Assembly (NCBI RefSeq): GCF_041146345.1
Contig: NW_027191404.1
Span: 1,674,001 to 1,738,000, forward strand
DNA: 64,000 nt
From: Neodothiora populina
Lineage: Eukaryota
Reading direction: 5' to 3'
Shown: piece after piece, positions 63,771 through 64,000 of the stretch
Layout of the letters: the number at the start of each line of letters is the position of its first letter
Numbering within the stretch: the stretch's first letter is position 1
Program-made: the position numbers and the translations under genes
Notes under the pieces: generated by a model
What the model saw: the letters and a program-made list of their open reading frames with translations, nothing else
Database searches by the model: none
Told to the model about the DNA's origin: nothing

Positions 63771-63946
63771 CTACGCCTCTGTCTTGGCAGCGGGCTTCTT
63801 CTTGTTCTTGCTCTTTGTCGCCTTAGCGAGAGGCTCTTCGAGGATCTTGAGGATCTCCTCATCGGTGATCTTCTTGTCCGTCTTGTACTTCTCGAGATCT
63901 AGTGCAGGAGGAGCACTCAATCTAGTGAGGCCGTTCTTGGTAATGG
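63771..63946 (-). CDS. Last exon of a curved-DNA-binding protein Cdb4 / PA2G4 (M24 fold) gene; the rest lies outside the window
   Basis: After a GCTAAT..CAG acceptor: ITKNGLTRLSAPPALDLEKYKTDKKITDEEILKILEEPLAKATKSKNKKK, matching my recollection of fungal Cdb4 C-termini. Confidence 0.72.
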
Positions 63947-64000
63947 CTGAGTTTGGGAATTAGCTTTGCGCACACCAAGACAATTGCTGAATCTCGAAGT

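Overview
Gene-dense eukaryotic DNA from a filamentous ascomycete (Pezizomycotina; a Dothideomycete is my inference from gene style). Introns are mostly 50-65 nt GT-AG with CTRAC/CTRAT branch sites, so the ORF track fragments almost every gene; I rebuilt the gene models by hand. I can support about 26 protein-coding genes: SEC24, a kinesin-10 with HhH motifs, a CST26-like acyltransferase, RAD54, a Reb1/Nsi1-like Myb protein, malic enzyme, a DUF4449/BPI-fold protein, RTG2, PHB2, an intracellular GH15, a TRF4-like nucleotidyltransferase, UBC4, glutaryl-CoA dehydrogenase, FEN1, an L-type lectin, RRP14, NDUFS8, ACP1, VPS74, SNF5, an Rco1-like PHD protein, the 3' end of a Cdb4/PA2G4 gene, and four hypotheticals. 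I saw no transposon, tRNA, rRNA or CRISPR. The best hidden feature is in the unusually long (300 nt) RTG2 intron. It holds a well-formed box H/ACA snoRNA, clamped by an intronic stem, whose two pockets match peptidyl-transferase-region LSU rRNA uridines (snR10/SNORA21-like dual guide). Other notable items: a RAD54 start codon split by an intron, a 5-nt FEN1 micro-exon carrying an active-site Asp, a GC-AG intron, a PTS1 on malic enzyme, head-to-head complex I genes, a nucleotidyltransferase apparently missing its third catalytic Asp, and a pure (CTT)36 tract. All homology calls come from motif recognition, not database searches.
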